A stretch of DNA of 57,680 nucleotides, counting the filler, from Platydemus manokwari (lineage: Eukaryota), in NCBI GenBank assembly GCA_037951405.1. It is 5 parts of 5 records of this genome, joined end to end, with 100 filler letters (N's around TTAATTAATTAA, not from the genome) between each part and the next. Parts side by side here need not be neighbours in the genome. Positions count along the whole stretch, not along the records: positions 22,665 to 33,656 come from JBBMOY010991083.1; positions 33,757 to 45,978 come from JBBMOY010238894.1; 3 more parts are not named here. The stretch is one strand, 5' to 3'. Position numbers and translations under genes: made by a program. The notes under the pieces were generated by a model. The model worked only from the letters and a program-made list of their open reading frames with translations. It had not been told where the DNA came from and ran no database searches. Shown piece after piece: positions 22,900 through 37,645 of the stretch; the first letter of the stretch is position 1; each line of letters begins with the position of its first letter.

Positions 22900-25800
22900 G
22901 TTTGGAGAAATTCTCTCACAATAAAATGAATTATCGATTAAAACAAATATCCCATACTATTATGTGGATAATTTTCCAACTCTTCAGCAACGTTTACAAG
23001 GCACGTTTAATGTTCACCAATTCTCGAATAACTTGAGTCTTAGTCCTGTAGTTTTTTCCAATCTCAATTCTCGATTCCTACTTTCTGATTGATGAATGAA
23101 ATTATAAAATTTTCAATTAAATATCATCGCGATAACTGCTGACAGACAACTGAAGTGAAACTGGTATAATGGTGTCCACAAGTAAATTTGTGGAACAAAG
23201 ATAACATAACATTAATAATATCAACAATTTGCTGCTATTTCATTGGCATTTGTGATAAACTATCAGAGAGTATTTCACAAAAATTAACAAAAAATTATTT
23301 TTTTTATTTTTTATATTGCCTTCTGCCTCCATATCTCAATAAATACAATAATATATATATATAATTATTAAAATTATTAATATCTACCATTACGTTCATT
23401 GCTATGACGTAATATCCAAAATTTTAGTTGCGATATAACAGCTCATCAACATGGAAATCGAAGTAATTCCAAAAAATTAAGTTAAATGTCAAATCATAAT
23501 AGGTTCAGCATCCGAAATTGCCAAACATAGTAGACTGCCATAATTCTCAAGAAACCCGTTTTATAGACTTATAGTGTATACTGATTTGTTGTCTTTATTA
23601 TTATCTTATCTTAAAACGTTCCTGCAATATCGATTATTCTCTTTATTTAAAAGTCTCACATTTTGAGTTGGTTACTAACATCTATCTGGAATTTCGTTAA
23701 ATTCTTGACGAGTTCGAAAGGTACGCTTCATAGGTTGTATTATTTTCTTCAAATTTTCTAAACTACTTAGAATATCAAATAGAGTAATTGCTGACCTCAG
23801 ACTCAATACTTCTGTCCTAATTAGATCTTAGTCCACATCAAAACTCCATCACATATTCATCTAAAACCACTGATAGCCTTAATAAAAAAATATTTAATCA
23901 CAACAAATTTGGGTGTCTACTGTGTCGATTGTTATGCTTATTATGTTGCATTCATCTCTGAGTCAAATCCAGAAGTCCTTGCCATCTATCCTTGTGTGAG
24001 CAGCAAAGAATTCAAGATAATAATACAGAATTCAGTAATAATATATAATTTTAAATTATAAAACCTAATCGCATCCAAAACATAGCCTTTGAAATTAATT
24101 CATTCGATCTCGCATGCACCCATTTTTTTCGAACCGTTCCTTGCTCCGAATAATGATCAAGCGACAGTTGACTAGAGTTCTGACATAAAAATCAATAGCA
24201 TAAAGATGGTTAATAACGTTATCACAGGAATTTATTTCATTAGGCTAGGAATGACTCGAGATTACACTAGGATTGACATACGCTGTCTTTGATTTCTATG
24301 ATGGAGAATTAAAATAAGGAATATGTTGAGCCTCTACTCCTTGGGCTTGATGCTTAGAAATTTGAGAACAATATACCAGGAAGACCTACTTTGTTTCAGT
24401 AATTTAAACGAATCTCCTTCCTAAACATTAAGAATATGAAATGTACAAGATAGTTCTCATCTGTACAATGAGGCGGGGTAACCAACTCTTTAAAATTTTG
24501 AGTTCTCTTAATGGTCACTGATCTCATCCATGACAAGAAAATAATTATATCTTCATCGAAACATTTCTTTTCAACATCTGCAATTTCGTCATTGTTTCCT
24601 GTACTTCCATGAATCTCGTTAATTTCTTTAAACAGATAGCTCTTAACTTCTCCATTCACATTGAAATCAAAATTATCATATTTTTTGATTAGGAAGTTAG
24701 TTACATCATTGGAAATATAAATCAAAATTGTTAATTATTCTTCAAAGTCCTCCATGATTCTCGTATGCTGTGCATCTTCGGATGCTACAAATTCTTCTTC
24801 ATTGTTTATACCATAGAAGTCTTTCTACCCAATAATTGAAAAGCTAGAAATGACTCAATAAAATTTATTTCTCGAGTCTCCCATTTTTTAACTATCTTCA
24901 TCAACTCTTCGAAAGCCTATCATATCGAATTTTCGTTCATTTTTAATTTGCATAAATTGATAAACATTCTCCATTTTCAAAACTTAATATCTTAACTTAA
25001 TCATTAATATTTTTTAAATGATAGCCATCTAAAACAATTATTTAATTATAAGATAGAAATTAAACATTCAAAAAAGGATTTAATAATGCATTTAAACAAA
25101 ACATTTCTTCATAAAACATTGAAATTTTTTAGATATAGCTCCGATCATCATTATTATCATGATATTGAACAAATTCTATGATAAGAAACAATCCCCGATA
25201 AACCAAATTAGTGATAGATTCGATACCATTTTTAATATCGCACTAATATAAAAATTTATTATTTCACCTTTCGAAAACACCGAATAATATTCAGGTGAAT
25301 ATAGGTTCATTAAAAGTGACCTTTAACAAAATATTTATTAGCATCGTTAATGTGGTAAAAATCGATAATCACGAGAATTTAATCTTTAAAATACACTTTC
25401 GTCTCAATTTTAAGCTTAATCATTTCCAATCATTTCAAACACCATACAGCGAAGATCAAATAACCGAAACTTACACATTTCTCCTGTTAAAATGTTATCA
25501 ACTGATTCAGATTTTATCTTTTCGATGTCTTCTATGTCAAATTCTTTATCAAGTCTAACCTTCCAAAACCCGTTTGTAATCATCGTCAAACTCAACGGTA
25601 TGTTTTTGCCGTAACTGACACTCGCAATTTATTTTCGGAATCAACTCATATTCTTTAGGATTGTTTTCACTGTTTATTTCTAAAATTATAGATCCATCAA
25701 ATTCGTTAGTATTTCGAACGTTCTTATCAGCGGTAAACACATTACATTGTTCATTCAAAGTTGTCTAATCTAGCTCTACTTTGACAACTTTTTTTAAGCA

Positions 25801-28700
25801 GAAAGATTTTATGCCTTTGAACACCTGTCATGAGATGATTAGCTGTCGTTCACTGTTGAAGGAGAAATTTTTCAGAGATTCTCAAAATTCTTTTGGATCG
25901 AATTCAATATTTGAGGTTTTTTGAATTAAATCATCATAATTTCGAAAATCTGATCTTTGTATATCTATTGAGATTCGGAAAAAAAATTATAAAGATATAG
26001 AAATTTTAATGGGTTCAGCCTTCTGAGAATGTTCACCGCATAAAATGCAGAATAAAAATTAACTCAAAATTCATACACCAATTCATTAGCTCTGAATTTT
26101 ACGATAAAAATGTATTGGAAGGGTTACGCTTACTTTGTCAATTTGCAGTTTTGAAGAGAGAATGTTTTTTTTGAAATCACCCCAGTAACTTATGCTTTTG
26201 ATTTGAATTTGCTTAACGGTTTGTTTTTCTGTCTTTTAAACACAAAATCAGTCTCTTAATAACCTTCTGATAATCCATTCTCTAATGACAATGTATCAGC
26301 AAACCCGAAAGAATTACCGTGGTATTCATTCAATGATAGTTCATCATAAATATCGAAATTTTCATTTTCTGCCTTACTGCTGGAGTTATTTTCCGCTTTA
26401 ATATTACAGTCTCCTTTAATCACCAATGACAAAATAATAAATAGCTTTGCTTCCCTAAATCTTTTCATTAATTAACGACTTTGTTCATTATAATAATTTT
26501 CTGCTCGAATTTTACTTATCTCCCTAACAAGAATCCCATGGTTAATTAAAGATTCGGCATCGTTAAATTTTTCCCTGCAATACTTGAGTGTGATCAACGC
26601 TTCACCGTTCTTTTACTTCAAAAGTTGTCGTCTAATTTTCTCGACTTTTGCTAATCAATGTTCATGAAAGATCTTCACATATATAAAACAATTTCAAGTA
26701 GTGGAAGATTCAGTCTTTCCCTTTTCCAGATAAGCCCAGTGAGTTTAAACACATTCCTGAAAATAAAATTAATCGTCATACATCTTTCAATACACAGAAC
26801 TAACAACATCACTGACTCTCAATTGCTAAACATAGCCATATTATCTCTAATTTTTTTCAGTTTTTTAAAAATTGTACTAAAATCAATCAGATTTTCTCAG
26901 TGCTCCTTTCAACCTAATTAAATTATAATCAGGATTTTCTCTTTATCCAAAATATCTATTTCCAATTCTCTACTATAAACTGTAGTCTAATATTTATGAA
27001 TTTCGCAAATATATTCAGTTCAGTATTTAGAAGCTCCGTAACATTTTCATTATTTTTTCCCTTTATCGCATAGAAAATACTCATAACAACTCCTCAAAAC
27101 GTGTAATCCAATTTTCCAATATATTTATTCACTATCAACTTCTTCTCTAAACCTTTTTCCTATAAATGTTTCATGAACTTTTGGGAATCATCTATTCCCA
27201 GTCTGTCAATCTAACGATTTAGTTTGTCTCTCATTACTGATAGTTATTTTTCAAATTCTTATAACTTTCTTTTTAAGAATTGATTGTTGGTATTTATTTC
27301 GATTTGAAGTTGATGCTTTTGCCAAGGGTCAAAAATTGCAATAGAAGTAACACTTGACTCGTCTTTTAATGTTGACAGTTGTTGTGGAAGAGATCTTAAG
27401 TATAACCTCTCATATCACAGAACAAGTTCGAGTTTCACTTTTATGTGACTCGTTTTGTGGAATAATTATATATACATGTTCACTAATAAGTTTTACAGAA
27501 AAAGTTTCTTTTATTACCACCTCTACTAGAACATTTTGATGGACAACTTATTTATGGCTCTTTGATGCTCCTTTTAAATATAGCGGTAATCATTGTAATA
27601 TTATTCGTTCTACTCATCTGTATAGAGAAGCATACATGAAGTAATAGATCATTAAATTCTCAAAATTTGCTGGAGCTATAAATAATACCTAACAATTTTA
27701 GTGAGGCAAACTTTGGAGCACGAAATCTAAGAAAATATGAATCACAACTCAGTAAATCCTAATCTAGTACAATAAATTAATAGAGATTTATTGTACTATA
27801 TAGCAGAGATAGCCAACTTTTGCGTACGTAAGATCGAATTTTCATTTGAATAACATCTCACGCGATCGACAAAAATTGACTTCAAGATCGACCGGTTGGC
27901 CACCACTACTATATAGGATGTACTGATTTGTGATTCATATTTTCTTAGATTTTTTGCTCCAACGTCTGGCTTACTAAAATTTTTGAACATTATTTATAGC
28001 TAAATATTTAAAGTCAGAATATTAGATCCAAATAGTACTCTTAAAACAAAAGTCAGCGTTTTATACTCAAAATTGTGCTCAAACAACAATAATAATTACA
28101 AGAGATAGAGTTTACAGACAATACCAAACTGGCAGTTTCTTTTGAGATACAACCCTTTTCTAAACTTGATATGAGCCTTATCTTTTTATTCGACAAACCT
28201 TATAAGGATCAGTTTATTGACAGATCCCCTTATATCTTCCATGTCATTGGTGTTTCTCAATGTTCGTTACTTGTTATTAGTTTGCGAATTCTATTTACCG
28301 TTGGATATTTTTTAGGTAGTTGATTGTCTTCTATGAAGCATTGTCGATGTATCGACCTTTTCAGAGTTATTCCATTATCACCGTAATTGTTTTGATGGTT
28401 TTTGTGCCATACTGATGAGGAGGAAGTATCAGTGAACATATCTATTGTTATAATTTATTATTTCTGCGGACTACTTTCTTAACTATTCTCTTTCTATAAT
28501 TTTTCTATGAATCTATTACATTCTTTTTCTTCAGGTTGAGAGGAACTTCAATGAAATTCAGATGACACGCTCTCATCAAGTAAGGCTTAATTGGAATTTT
28601 TCTTCTACTCCTCACCTATTCACTTACAACACTATAAAATAGTAAATATTTACTGGATTGAATAACCTCAATATTAGAGTAGCTAAGAAGATTAGCAAAC
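22900..28700 (-). pseudogene. Long decayed coding-like tract of unknown origin
   Basis: A chain of minus-strand ORF remnants (24396-24725, 25555-25758, 26256-26468, 28257-28439) with protein-like composition and no evident introns. No family was recognised. Confidence 0.35.
27674..28001. repeat. Foldback (inverted repeat) element with an internal hairpin
   Basis: ~88-bp imperfect inverted arms at 27674-27761 and 27914-28001. A perfect 13-bp hairpin (27765-27777/27786-27798) lies in the spacer. Confidence 0.8.
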
Positions 28701-29639
28701 GCTAGATTAGTAAATGCCAAACAGGATTATTAACTGAGGCTTTATATCTAGAAAATATTTTCGGAATAAAAAATTCAAGAAAAATCAATCGAATGGAAAT
28801 ATTTTATGGTTAATATCTTTTATAAAGTCCAAAATAATATTGCTACAAATAAACGGGAGAAATATTCCCAGTGGACTCAAGGTTTAGGATAATAAAAATT
28901 TTATTTTTAGTAATAAAATGAGTTAGAGATTAAAAAATATTGATTTAACAGTTGTTGTCGACAAAATGTGATCATTTGAAGAAATTAGTATTTGGGATTT
29001 TATTAAAATTGTCAACGTCAAATAGATTATAGAAACCTGTAGAAGCATTTGACCACATATTTTGGGAGTATAAATCATTTGTAATATTATTGCTATTCTC
29101 AATTTTATAACAAAAATTATGACTTCTGGTTTAAAAGTTAAGGAAAATAATTGGTGCATATAGTTAATAAAAAGTTAGTGAATAAAAATAATCTGGCATA
29201 AGCACCAGCCTGATTATAATCGCTAATAATATAAAAAATTCATTTTAAATTATCATAAAATTGTCTTTACTCTTGAAATACTCTAATTTTTAATGATTAT
29301 TTTATAAAAATAGTTAATATAAGATTATTATGAATGTTAGTAGTTTAATTACTCGATTTATAATTATAAAAATTTTAATTCAAAAATTCAAAAAATCATA
29401 TAGAAATGTTGCGATTTAAATAAGAACTTGGTTTGGCAATTCTATTTAGTTCTTATTAGACATCATAAAGTGTGTGATATAAATAATCTTTCACAAAATG
29501 ATAAAAAACCTCATAAATAAAACTAAATATTAAAAATAATTATTTAAAACTAGATGATTTTGTAACGCTATCTCTTTCTAATTTTAAAGTTGAGATGTGA
29601 CTAACATAGAGGAAAACTGCAAGATAAATATTAGAATTA

Positions 29640-29825
29640 AAGTATTAATTAATATTTAATTCATGATGGATATAACCGGATCAATTACTTTGAAGTTTTA
29701 TTTGGGGTCTTATAGATGGCTTCACAACTTAGTTTATCAACATAGTACTGTGAATCGTTTTAAATGCTTCGAGTAACTGAGACATTTGTCCTCAAAACAT
29801 TAAATTATAAATGGGTTCTCTGATA
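29640..29825 (+). mobile_element. Merlin (IS1595/ISXO2-like) transposase relic
   Basis: WI*PDQ..LGSYRWLHNLVYQHSTVNRFKCF..PQNIKL parallels the W.AY..L...GY.H.TVNHS..F......TQ.IE motif. Confidence 0.6.
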
Positions 29826-32800
29826 TAATTTAGCAGCTTTAATACTTTTTCATTTAAAATTGAATTTCAAGTCAAAATATGAAAAAAATATAGACTAAAA
29901 CATTACATTAAAATTAAGTCAACGGTCATTTTTCTTAATTTAAGCCTTTATTATTTTCAAAATTGTTCACAAGGCCACTTTGAGCAATATTTAAACAAAT
30001 AGATTTCAAACTCATTATGATTAAGTACTAAATCAATTTTGAAATTTAGTTAATTACAGGAGAGGAAATTAATTTTTATTACAATTTAATTGGTTGGTTA
30101 GTGTTGAAAAAAAATCTGCACCACATCTTTATTCCACAGTCAAAAATTGAAAACTCAAACAATTATAAATCCATCTCTCATTGAAAAATGTTTGTTAATT
30201 TTTTCATAATTTCAAAATTCCCAGATTTTAATGACGAATCTAATTATTTAGAAAGCTTTTCTATGAAAATGAATTAGCAATTGAATCATCTATGCAGGAT
30301 TTTAGGAATTTCTTATCGGATCAGATCAAATAAATCATTCTAAATGACAATACTAATTGTTTTTCATGATTCAAATGATTTGTAAATAACTTTAAATTGG
30401 TCATTGTTTCAGAGTTGATGTTATCAGTATTGTTACTTTTTTTTTATTAATAAATCATTGACTAAATAGGTATTTTTCGATAAAATAATTCTTTATTAAT
30501 GTTATTTCGAAAATATTTTTCGTATATTATTTTGATATTATAATATTTAAATCTACTTTAGAGTTATTTTACAATAAATTAAACTGATATGAAAATTAAA
30601 TATAAAGTTTAAAAATGCATTATTATTATCATTATTTATTAAGAAATATATTTAGACTAAAGAAACTTAGAACAGTATTTGATGGCATTAGTATTTAATT
30701 AAACATTTTATTTAATAATTATAACTTTTTCGTCAATTTACACTCGTGGTTTACCTTATTACGATTATGATGTTTTAAAATCAAACTTAACTTAAAAATT
30801 AATTAGAAGATTGTTTTAAGTTAAGAATAGGGATACTTTTTATAATGATTAATTTTCCTGTATAACTTAATTTTTTTAAAAATTTCAAAACAAAAATTAA
30901 TTTTATAACAAAAAATTGTATAAATGCATTTTTCTGGTTGTAAGTGCTATCTTGATAACCGAGACTTAGCAGGCAGCTGTAAGACCTCCAATGATTTGTA
31001 TATATAATTTATCAAGTCATATAAATCTTTAATTAAGTATAAAGCAATATTTAAAATGGTATTTTTGTCTCGATTTTATTACTGGTGATTTGACAAGATA
31101 TATGAACATGAACAATTTGTGATCACAGGTGGATATGTAAACAATGTATACTGCATTGATTCTTATTCGTTAAACTTGTCTTGAACTTTATACTATATTC
31201 ATAACTATTAATGCTTTCATCTCAAGTTTTAGTGAAAGTGATGATGATTAAAAATAATAAATATTAAAAGGTTCAAATTGTAAAAAGATTAATAAAAATA
31301 AATTAGTAATAGTTGATTTATAAACAAAAATAAACTTCGTCAATTTATTATAAATATAAGCTAAAATTGCAGGCAGTTAGTAATTTTATTCATAACGGAA
31401 TCAATAATAAAATAATCCTATCGCACCAAACATAATATTAAATTTAATAAGAATAAAAAGCTACAACTCCTGTTGTAGACTGGAAATAATAACCAATCAT
31501 TAAATTTACTATTTTTATCTCATAGTGAATTATTTAAAATGTTTATTTATGAAATTCCTTATCATTTTATTCATTAATGGAGTTCATATAATAGGGGACT
31601 TGTTAGGGATAAATCCGGGTTGTTCAAACAGGTTCTTATTCTGTTCATCACATTTCCTATATTTATGGCATTTCCTGCTGTATGATTCTTTGAATATTGA
31701 AAATTATAATTTCCAAATTAGCATTCACCGAATAGTGTACATGGAAACATTTTCTCCATTTTCTGTAAGACATCTTGCATATAATGTCTGTTGGGCTCTT
31801 TTTTACGACTTTTGTATTACCCCGATTAACGATATTTATCATTTTAGTCGGAGTAATTCTTTACAACTCAATTACCAGTTTTCGTCTTCTGTCATTCATC
31901 ATTTTCGTAACCAGTACAAAGAATTCCTTGAGTTTTTACTTTGTTTCTTGTGTAATGGTCTTGTAACTTTGACTACTGATATTTTCTTTTCAAATACTTT
32001 CTTGACTAGTTTGAGCACGTGCAACACGTAACTCCTGCACTGCAAGTCTACTTGTTATCTAACTGTTGGCAATCCTTTTAACATCGATTTAACATCTGGA
32101 ACAATTGCAGTAAACCAGACCCTGTTTGCGTGATATGTTACATCTTCCTTCTTCATACTAAACTCATTCCACCGGTCTAAAATTTCTTGTAATAACATAA
32201 AAAGCACAAATGATAACTTCATCTAGCTGAGGATGGCCAGAGATTTGTAACCAGTACTTCGTTTCCTGAGAAGATCAATAAAATCTTCCGTTTTTTGTTT
32301 CAAATTAGAAAATATCTTCCGACTTGTTCAAGTGAGTGCATTAATTTCTGTGTGGTCGTCAGTAAGAACACAACATGTGCTATGATTATATAAATAAAAT
32401 ATAATTTGTTAGATATATTAAATGAAATCAACATCAATAATCTTGATGCATTATAATTCATCTTAATAATGTTAATAAATAACTCTGGTATGTCTGGACT
32501 ATTTAAAACAATCCAGTCAAAACATAGTTAATTTATCTATTTTTACAATTTTTGCTGGTATTCTTGAAATTCACCCTATAACGAATTCAGGAATTGATTC
32601 CATGAAATATAAAGACATTGAGAAGTTCATATTTTTCGTTTGTCTTTATGATTTACAGTCTACTGATGTTTTTCTGTTTATGAAAGTACGAATTTTCTAT
32701 AAAGTTCGCAATTTAATGTTTGGAATTATCATTGGCCAATATCTTTCCGTTTATCAATGAAATTAATGTGACGTGGTTTGTGACGTAGCAGCAATACTAT

Positions 32801-33579
32801 ATATATGGTTAAGATAGAAATGGACTTCTTATAATTTAAAATAATGTATTGGACTTATAACCAGTTGAGTAATCTCGTATTGATTGCTTGATTCCAAGGG
32901 TGTAAATGGTTTGCAATTTCGAATTTCATCAAGACATAGCTGTTACTGGGAGTTTAGTTTGGAATTAGAAAAGTATAATTCAGCTATTGTAATGTATAAA
33001 TCAAGGAAAAAATAAAATTTTTGATGAAGATTGGAAATCAATATGGAAGACTATTTTACAAAAATGATGGACAAGGTTGATATGCCGAGAAACACAAATT
33101 CACAGCGGTAACGAACAGTTAATGGTGTAGATTTTTAAACATATATTGATGAATACCCAAACGGTATGATTTTGTCGTTTTATTTCTTGTTACTTAAATA
33201 TTCTGTTCAACGACGGTCTCGCTTATCGGAAAATCATTCTCAAAATTTCACAAATTTAAAAAATGAATAAGTTTTAAAAATGATTTTTCCACAAAAATAG
33301 TCAAACAAATAATCAATATAAAACTCAAACAATATCACATTTCGATAATGAAAAAAAATATGGTCTAATCAGTAATTTTCACATTTTGATAAGGATTTGG
33401 CTCGATATAATTGAGAAATTTGATTGATTTATGAGTTCAAATCGATATTCAATTCATTTCACATTTCTTTTATGTCATGCAGACTCATTAGTATCTTTAT
33501 TTTTGTTTAATTGCTTTCAATTTCTACCAGTTGGATTTCACGTTACACTTTATTAATTTCAAATCATAATCATCAACAC

Positions 33580-33656
33580 CAGGGGTCTCCAAAGTACGGC
33601 CCGCCAAGCTTACTATGAAACACACGAACATTATGACAAAATTAAGTGATACACAT
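33580..33656 (+). mobile_element. Left end of a hAT element, cut by the gap
   Basis: TIR CAGGGGTCTCCAAA; the first 51 nt match 37646-37696 with one mismatch. Confidence 0.85.
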
Positions 33657-33756
33657 NNNNNNNNNNNNNNNNNNNNNNNNNNNNNNNNNNNNNNNNNNNN
33701 TTAATTAATTAANNNNNNNNNNNNNNNNNNNNNNNNNNNNNNNNNNNNNNNNNNNN
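33657..33756. other. Assembly linker or gap
   Basis: 44 N + TTAATTAATTAA + 44 N. Confidence 0.98.
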
Positions 33757-33832
33757 TTGTTTTCCATTTGTTGTAAAATTATGTTTAAATTTTTAATAAA
33801 AAATCGGAAAGAACTTTTGGTTCATCCTAATA
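33757..33832 (+). mobile_element. Mariner right end, second copy
   Basis: Nearly identical to 29-105 and lies at a contig edge. Confidence 0.75.
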
Positions 33833-34029
33833 TTTTGCTGATAGTTTCCTCTTATTTAGCTATTATTTATCAATATTTCTCTTTATTAATAATAAAAACT
33901 CAACCAATAATATAATATTATTATTGATAATATATAAAATATTCAATTAATTATAATATTATTAATTAAACTACAAAGTGATGACATCAACCTAATTAAA
34001 TATAAGCCTTTAATCTCTGCTTTCATAGA

Positions 34030-34763
34030 ATGACTACCCATTTATAGGCGTAACATTGGACGCATATATTTTAGTCGATTTCCGAGTAGAAAAGACCTGA
34101 TTACATGCTCATCTGATGATAAACTTCTAGTTTTCATGGAGCAACTTAAAAGCGTTGAAGATCATATGAAATTGCTCTTGTCTGCTCTTGAAATTCTACC
34201 TTGGATCTTGACCCTTTTCAGATCACAGATTTATCGATGGACTTGTTCATTGAGATAGATCTTATCGACTTGAGAAACGAATTTGAACTGAAGCCTTCTT
34301 TTAAACGTCATATTTATCAAGAATTTTGACTACAGCCTACTATTTTATAAAAATTTCCTACATTGTGGAAAACAGCGAAATTGTTTTTAATTGCATTTCC
34401 AAGCTCGTATTTAGTAGATAAGGGTTTCAGCGTGGTGTCTCAGATTTTCAGTAAGTCTAGGAATCGCTTGGATATTGTAGAGAGGAGATCTGTGACTCTA
34501 CCATACGGCCATAGAGCCTAATATTGAAGAAACACCAACTTCATCCTTCTCATTAAATATATGTATTAAATAGAAATATAATGCTATTCAGGATTACTTT
34601 TCTTCTTTCATTTAACAAGTATAAGTAACTAAATGATAACCAGTAAATTAACGGGTTCAATAGTTATGAGAACTTACTTTGTATAAAAAAGAGAGAAAGG
34701 GTCCATGATTGAAGGAAAGCGATGAAAAGGGGTCTATAGTTTCAACAAGTTTGAGAAACACTG
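34030..34763 (+). mobile_element. 3' half of a hAT-Charlie (ZBED5/ZBED8/SCAND3-like) transposon: decayed transposase plus right TIR
   Basis: PWILT..KFPTLWKTAKLFLIAFPSSYLVDKGFSVVSQIFSKSRNRLDIVER..IEPNIEE..HPSH-stop (34556). Subterminal AGGG(G)TC repeats and the TIR AGTTTGAGAAACACTG end at 34763. Confidence 0.9.
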
Positions 34764-36972
34764 AATTAAAGCATCTAGATTGCACACAGATTCGGAAAGT
34801 TAATAATATTGTATTATGATATTTACTTGCCAATTTGGGAAAGAATAACACTCATACAAACATATATATACAACAATTTCTAAGTATTAACGCTCGTGAT
34901 TATTGAAGCGATTGTGAACATCAATTTAAGGATGCATTTGCTTACGATTTTGTTTTCGAAATTATAATTTTGTGTCTAATTTTATTCACAAATCATTCAT
35001 TTTCCAAATCTAGATATTATTTTAAATATCATATTATGTTTTCATTAAATGTTTTTTCCTAATCTAACCTTTTCAATCAAAAGCTTAATTCTGAAGAACG
35101 GGGTTTGTGAGGTTGATTATGAGATTCTCACTAATCAACCCGATATAACAGCTTATAGAGTATTATTGGTTGATAATAAAGATGTAATTATTGTATGTGA
35201 TTTATGGATTGAAAATTTAATCATTAGTTTTTCTACATATTTTTCATTTGATATTTAATAGTTATAAAAAAAATTAACTCACAGATAAAAGATGTAATTA
35301 CCGAGGTTTATAGATAATAGTCATGGGTAGATTCGACCTAAATACTCGAGGGGATTAATTATTTTAATAAGTGGAAAATAGAATCTGTTATCTTTGATAG
35401 AGTATGGGGAAGAAATAAAATTATTTAAGATTAAAATTCATGTAAGAGAATTTATTTTTGATAACTTTATCCGCGGATTACTTTGTCATCGATGGATTTG
35501 GAATTATATCAAAATAGTAGAAACGAACCAGATATATTGATCTCTGAATTACACTTAAATTAATACTTGTGTTATTTACAAATAAAAATGTGTGGAATCT
35601 GTAAGAGAAATGTAAAATCGAAATTCCATGAAATAAATTTTCTATGAGAAAATCAGGAGTTGTTGAATAGATTTCGAAGATAAAATTAAACGATTAGGGG
35701 GTTGAATAAAATGGTTACAAATTTATACCTTCAAGCAATACATGAGATGTTGTAATCAGAAATTCATATGTGATCATGCAATCTAGATGCGGTAAATATT
35801 ATTTAATTTTGATCTCGTTTCTTAAAATATTAAAAATCGATTCATTATCTTTGTAATTAATATAACGATACAATCCAACGATATGTTAATTAAATAAACA
35901 ATTTTGTATTATTTTTAGAGGTTGATTGAATGTCTTGTATTTATAGACAAAATAGCGTTCCATGTCTAATTTGTTTTATTAAAATTGTAGGAAATGTATA
36001 CGTTTATTCATATTAGAAAAAACTAAATGAGAGAAGAATGCTTTAAAAAATTGGTATTTTCGAATAAAATATGACTGAATTGGTCATTTGAATGGCAAAT
36101 TTTGGGAAATATTTATCAATTATCGATTAATTATAAATGATTTTTTTGATTTGATTTATGAATTGATTATATTAATGGGAATGATAAATCTAAATTTATC
36201 ATAATTGATATTATCGTCATTTTTAATAAAAAATACAACTATTTTTAAAATACTTAAAATTTAAAATATCGAATATTCAAAAATAGAGGGGGAAAAGGAT
36301 AAAAATAAATATATTAATGAAGAGAAGTTGTCATAATATATGTTTATAAAATGATAAATTCATTATTTATGTAGCAATATTATATTTTATTGTATTAATA
36401 ATTGTAAATAAATTTATAAAATCTTAAAAGGTGCAATTTTACTTTTCTGATTAGATCTGCCACATCTTATTTAAATGACGATGACATCGATTGTTTTGTA
36501 ATATTTATTTTATAAAATATAAATCAATAACCTTGTATCATGTATATATAATACACAAAAATAAATCTGAAAATAATTTATCCAATTTCAGAGAGGTTTG
36601 ATTAACTTCCTTTTCCTATATTGATAAATAGATAATATTTGAATGTGTATTGAGTTCTGTGTCTTTAGACTTTTATAGACCTGATGATAAAAAAACAAAA
36701 CAATTTAAATAAAATAATCAAATGATACATTGTCCAGATGCAGTTTTGTCAGAAAAATTCAACAGGAATTAATACTTTAAATGTCTGAGCTTTAAATCAA
36801 TTATTAAATTAATTCGTGCCTCAATGGAACTGAGTTATTCACCTTAAATTAAATTTCGAGGTATTTAAACTGCGTTATGCATTTTGCAGTACTTAATAAT
36901 TTATTTATAATTTTAATTGTTGTTGTTTTTCATTAAATTTGTATGGCTTTTTTTTATCAACGTCAATTTTAG

Positions 36973-37195
36973 ATCAGATTCACGTAAAACAAAAGAGAGA
37001 AGATCCAATAAATCCGATTCTCATAAGAATGACAGAAAATATCAAAAAAACAATAGTAGTCACAAAAGAAAACGAAGCAGATCGAGAGATCGACACGCCA
37101 ATGAATCAATGAAACATAATAAAATCGATCATGAGAATAATGAAAAACGTGATTCAAAGTATTCTCGGTCGTCAAAATATCATCATCGGAAATAA
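36973..37195 (+). CDS. Terminal exon of an R/S/K-rich (SR-related) protein; upstream exons not resolved
   Basis: A T-rich tract and TTTTAG acceptor at 36971-36972 lead into an open frame SDSRKTKERRS..HKRKRSRSRDRH..RSSKYHHRK-stop, with AATAAA overlapping the stop. Confidence 0.55.
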
Positions 37196-37645
37196 AGTCT
37201 AGAGACATTGTTTTCTGGTTGAATCTTTTTGTAAAATATATGTTTTGTATCATGCTGAATTAGATAATCGATTTCATTTGTTGTCTTTCAAATATTTGAG
37301 TGATAGTAATGAGTTTTGTGTTTTGGCTGAACAGATTTGATGATTTTTGTACAATTAAATTCTTATAATTTCTGAATTGAATATGAGAAATTAAATTCGA
37401 GATGCATATGACTTGTCAGAAATTAGGTTGTTATTTTTATTAAGAAACTTTATCTAAAAGGAGAAAGAAATAAATGTAATAGAAAATTATGAGTCTTGAT
37501 TGTTATGAGTCCGTTGTTAGTCGAATTCTATTCATGGATTTGTACAATTAAATTCTTAATTAATACATGATACATGGGCTCTGTTAGCGGCTAACACTTC
37601 TTCGTTTTTTATACTATATTCAAAAATATATTTCGTAATAAAGAT

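Noticed and set aside
22900-28700. Alternative genetic code (stop readthrough) to explain the many in-frame stops
   Set aside because: RBM22 and ODF3 have no internal TAA/TAG/TGA over ~650 codons and end in TGA and TAG. The broken ORFs also contain frameshifts, indicating decay.
31525-32031. 168-aa hydrophobic + strand ORF
   Set aside because: Its F/L/I-rich composition is expected from T-rich DNA or the antisense of a decayed minus-strand ORF; it starts at a non-ATG codon and has no recognisable domain.
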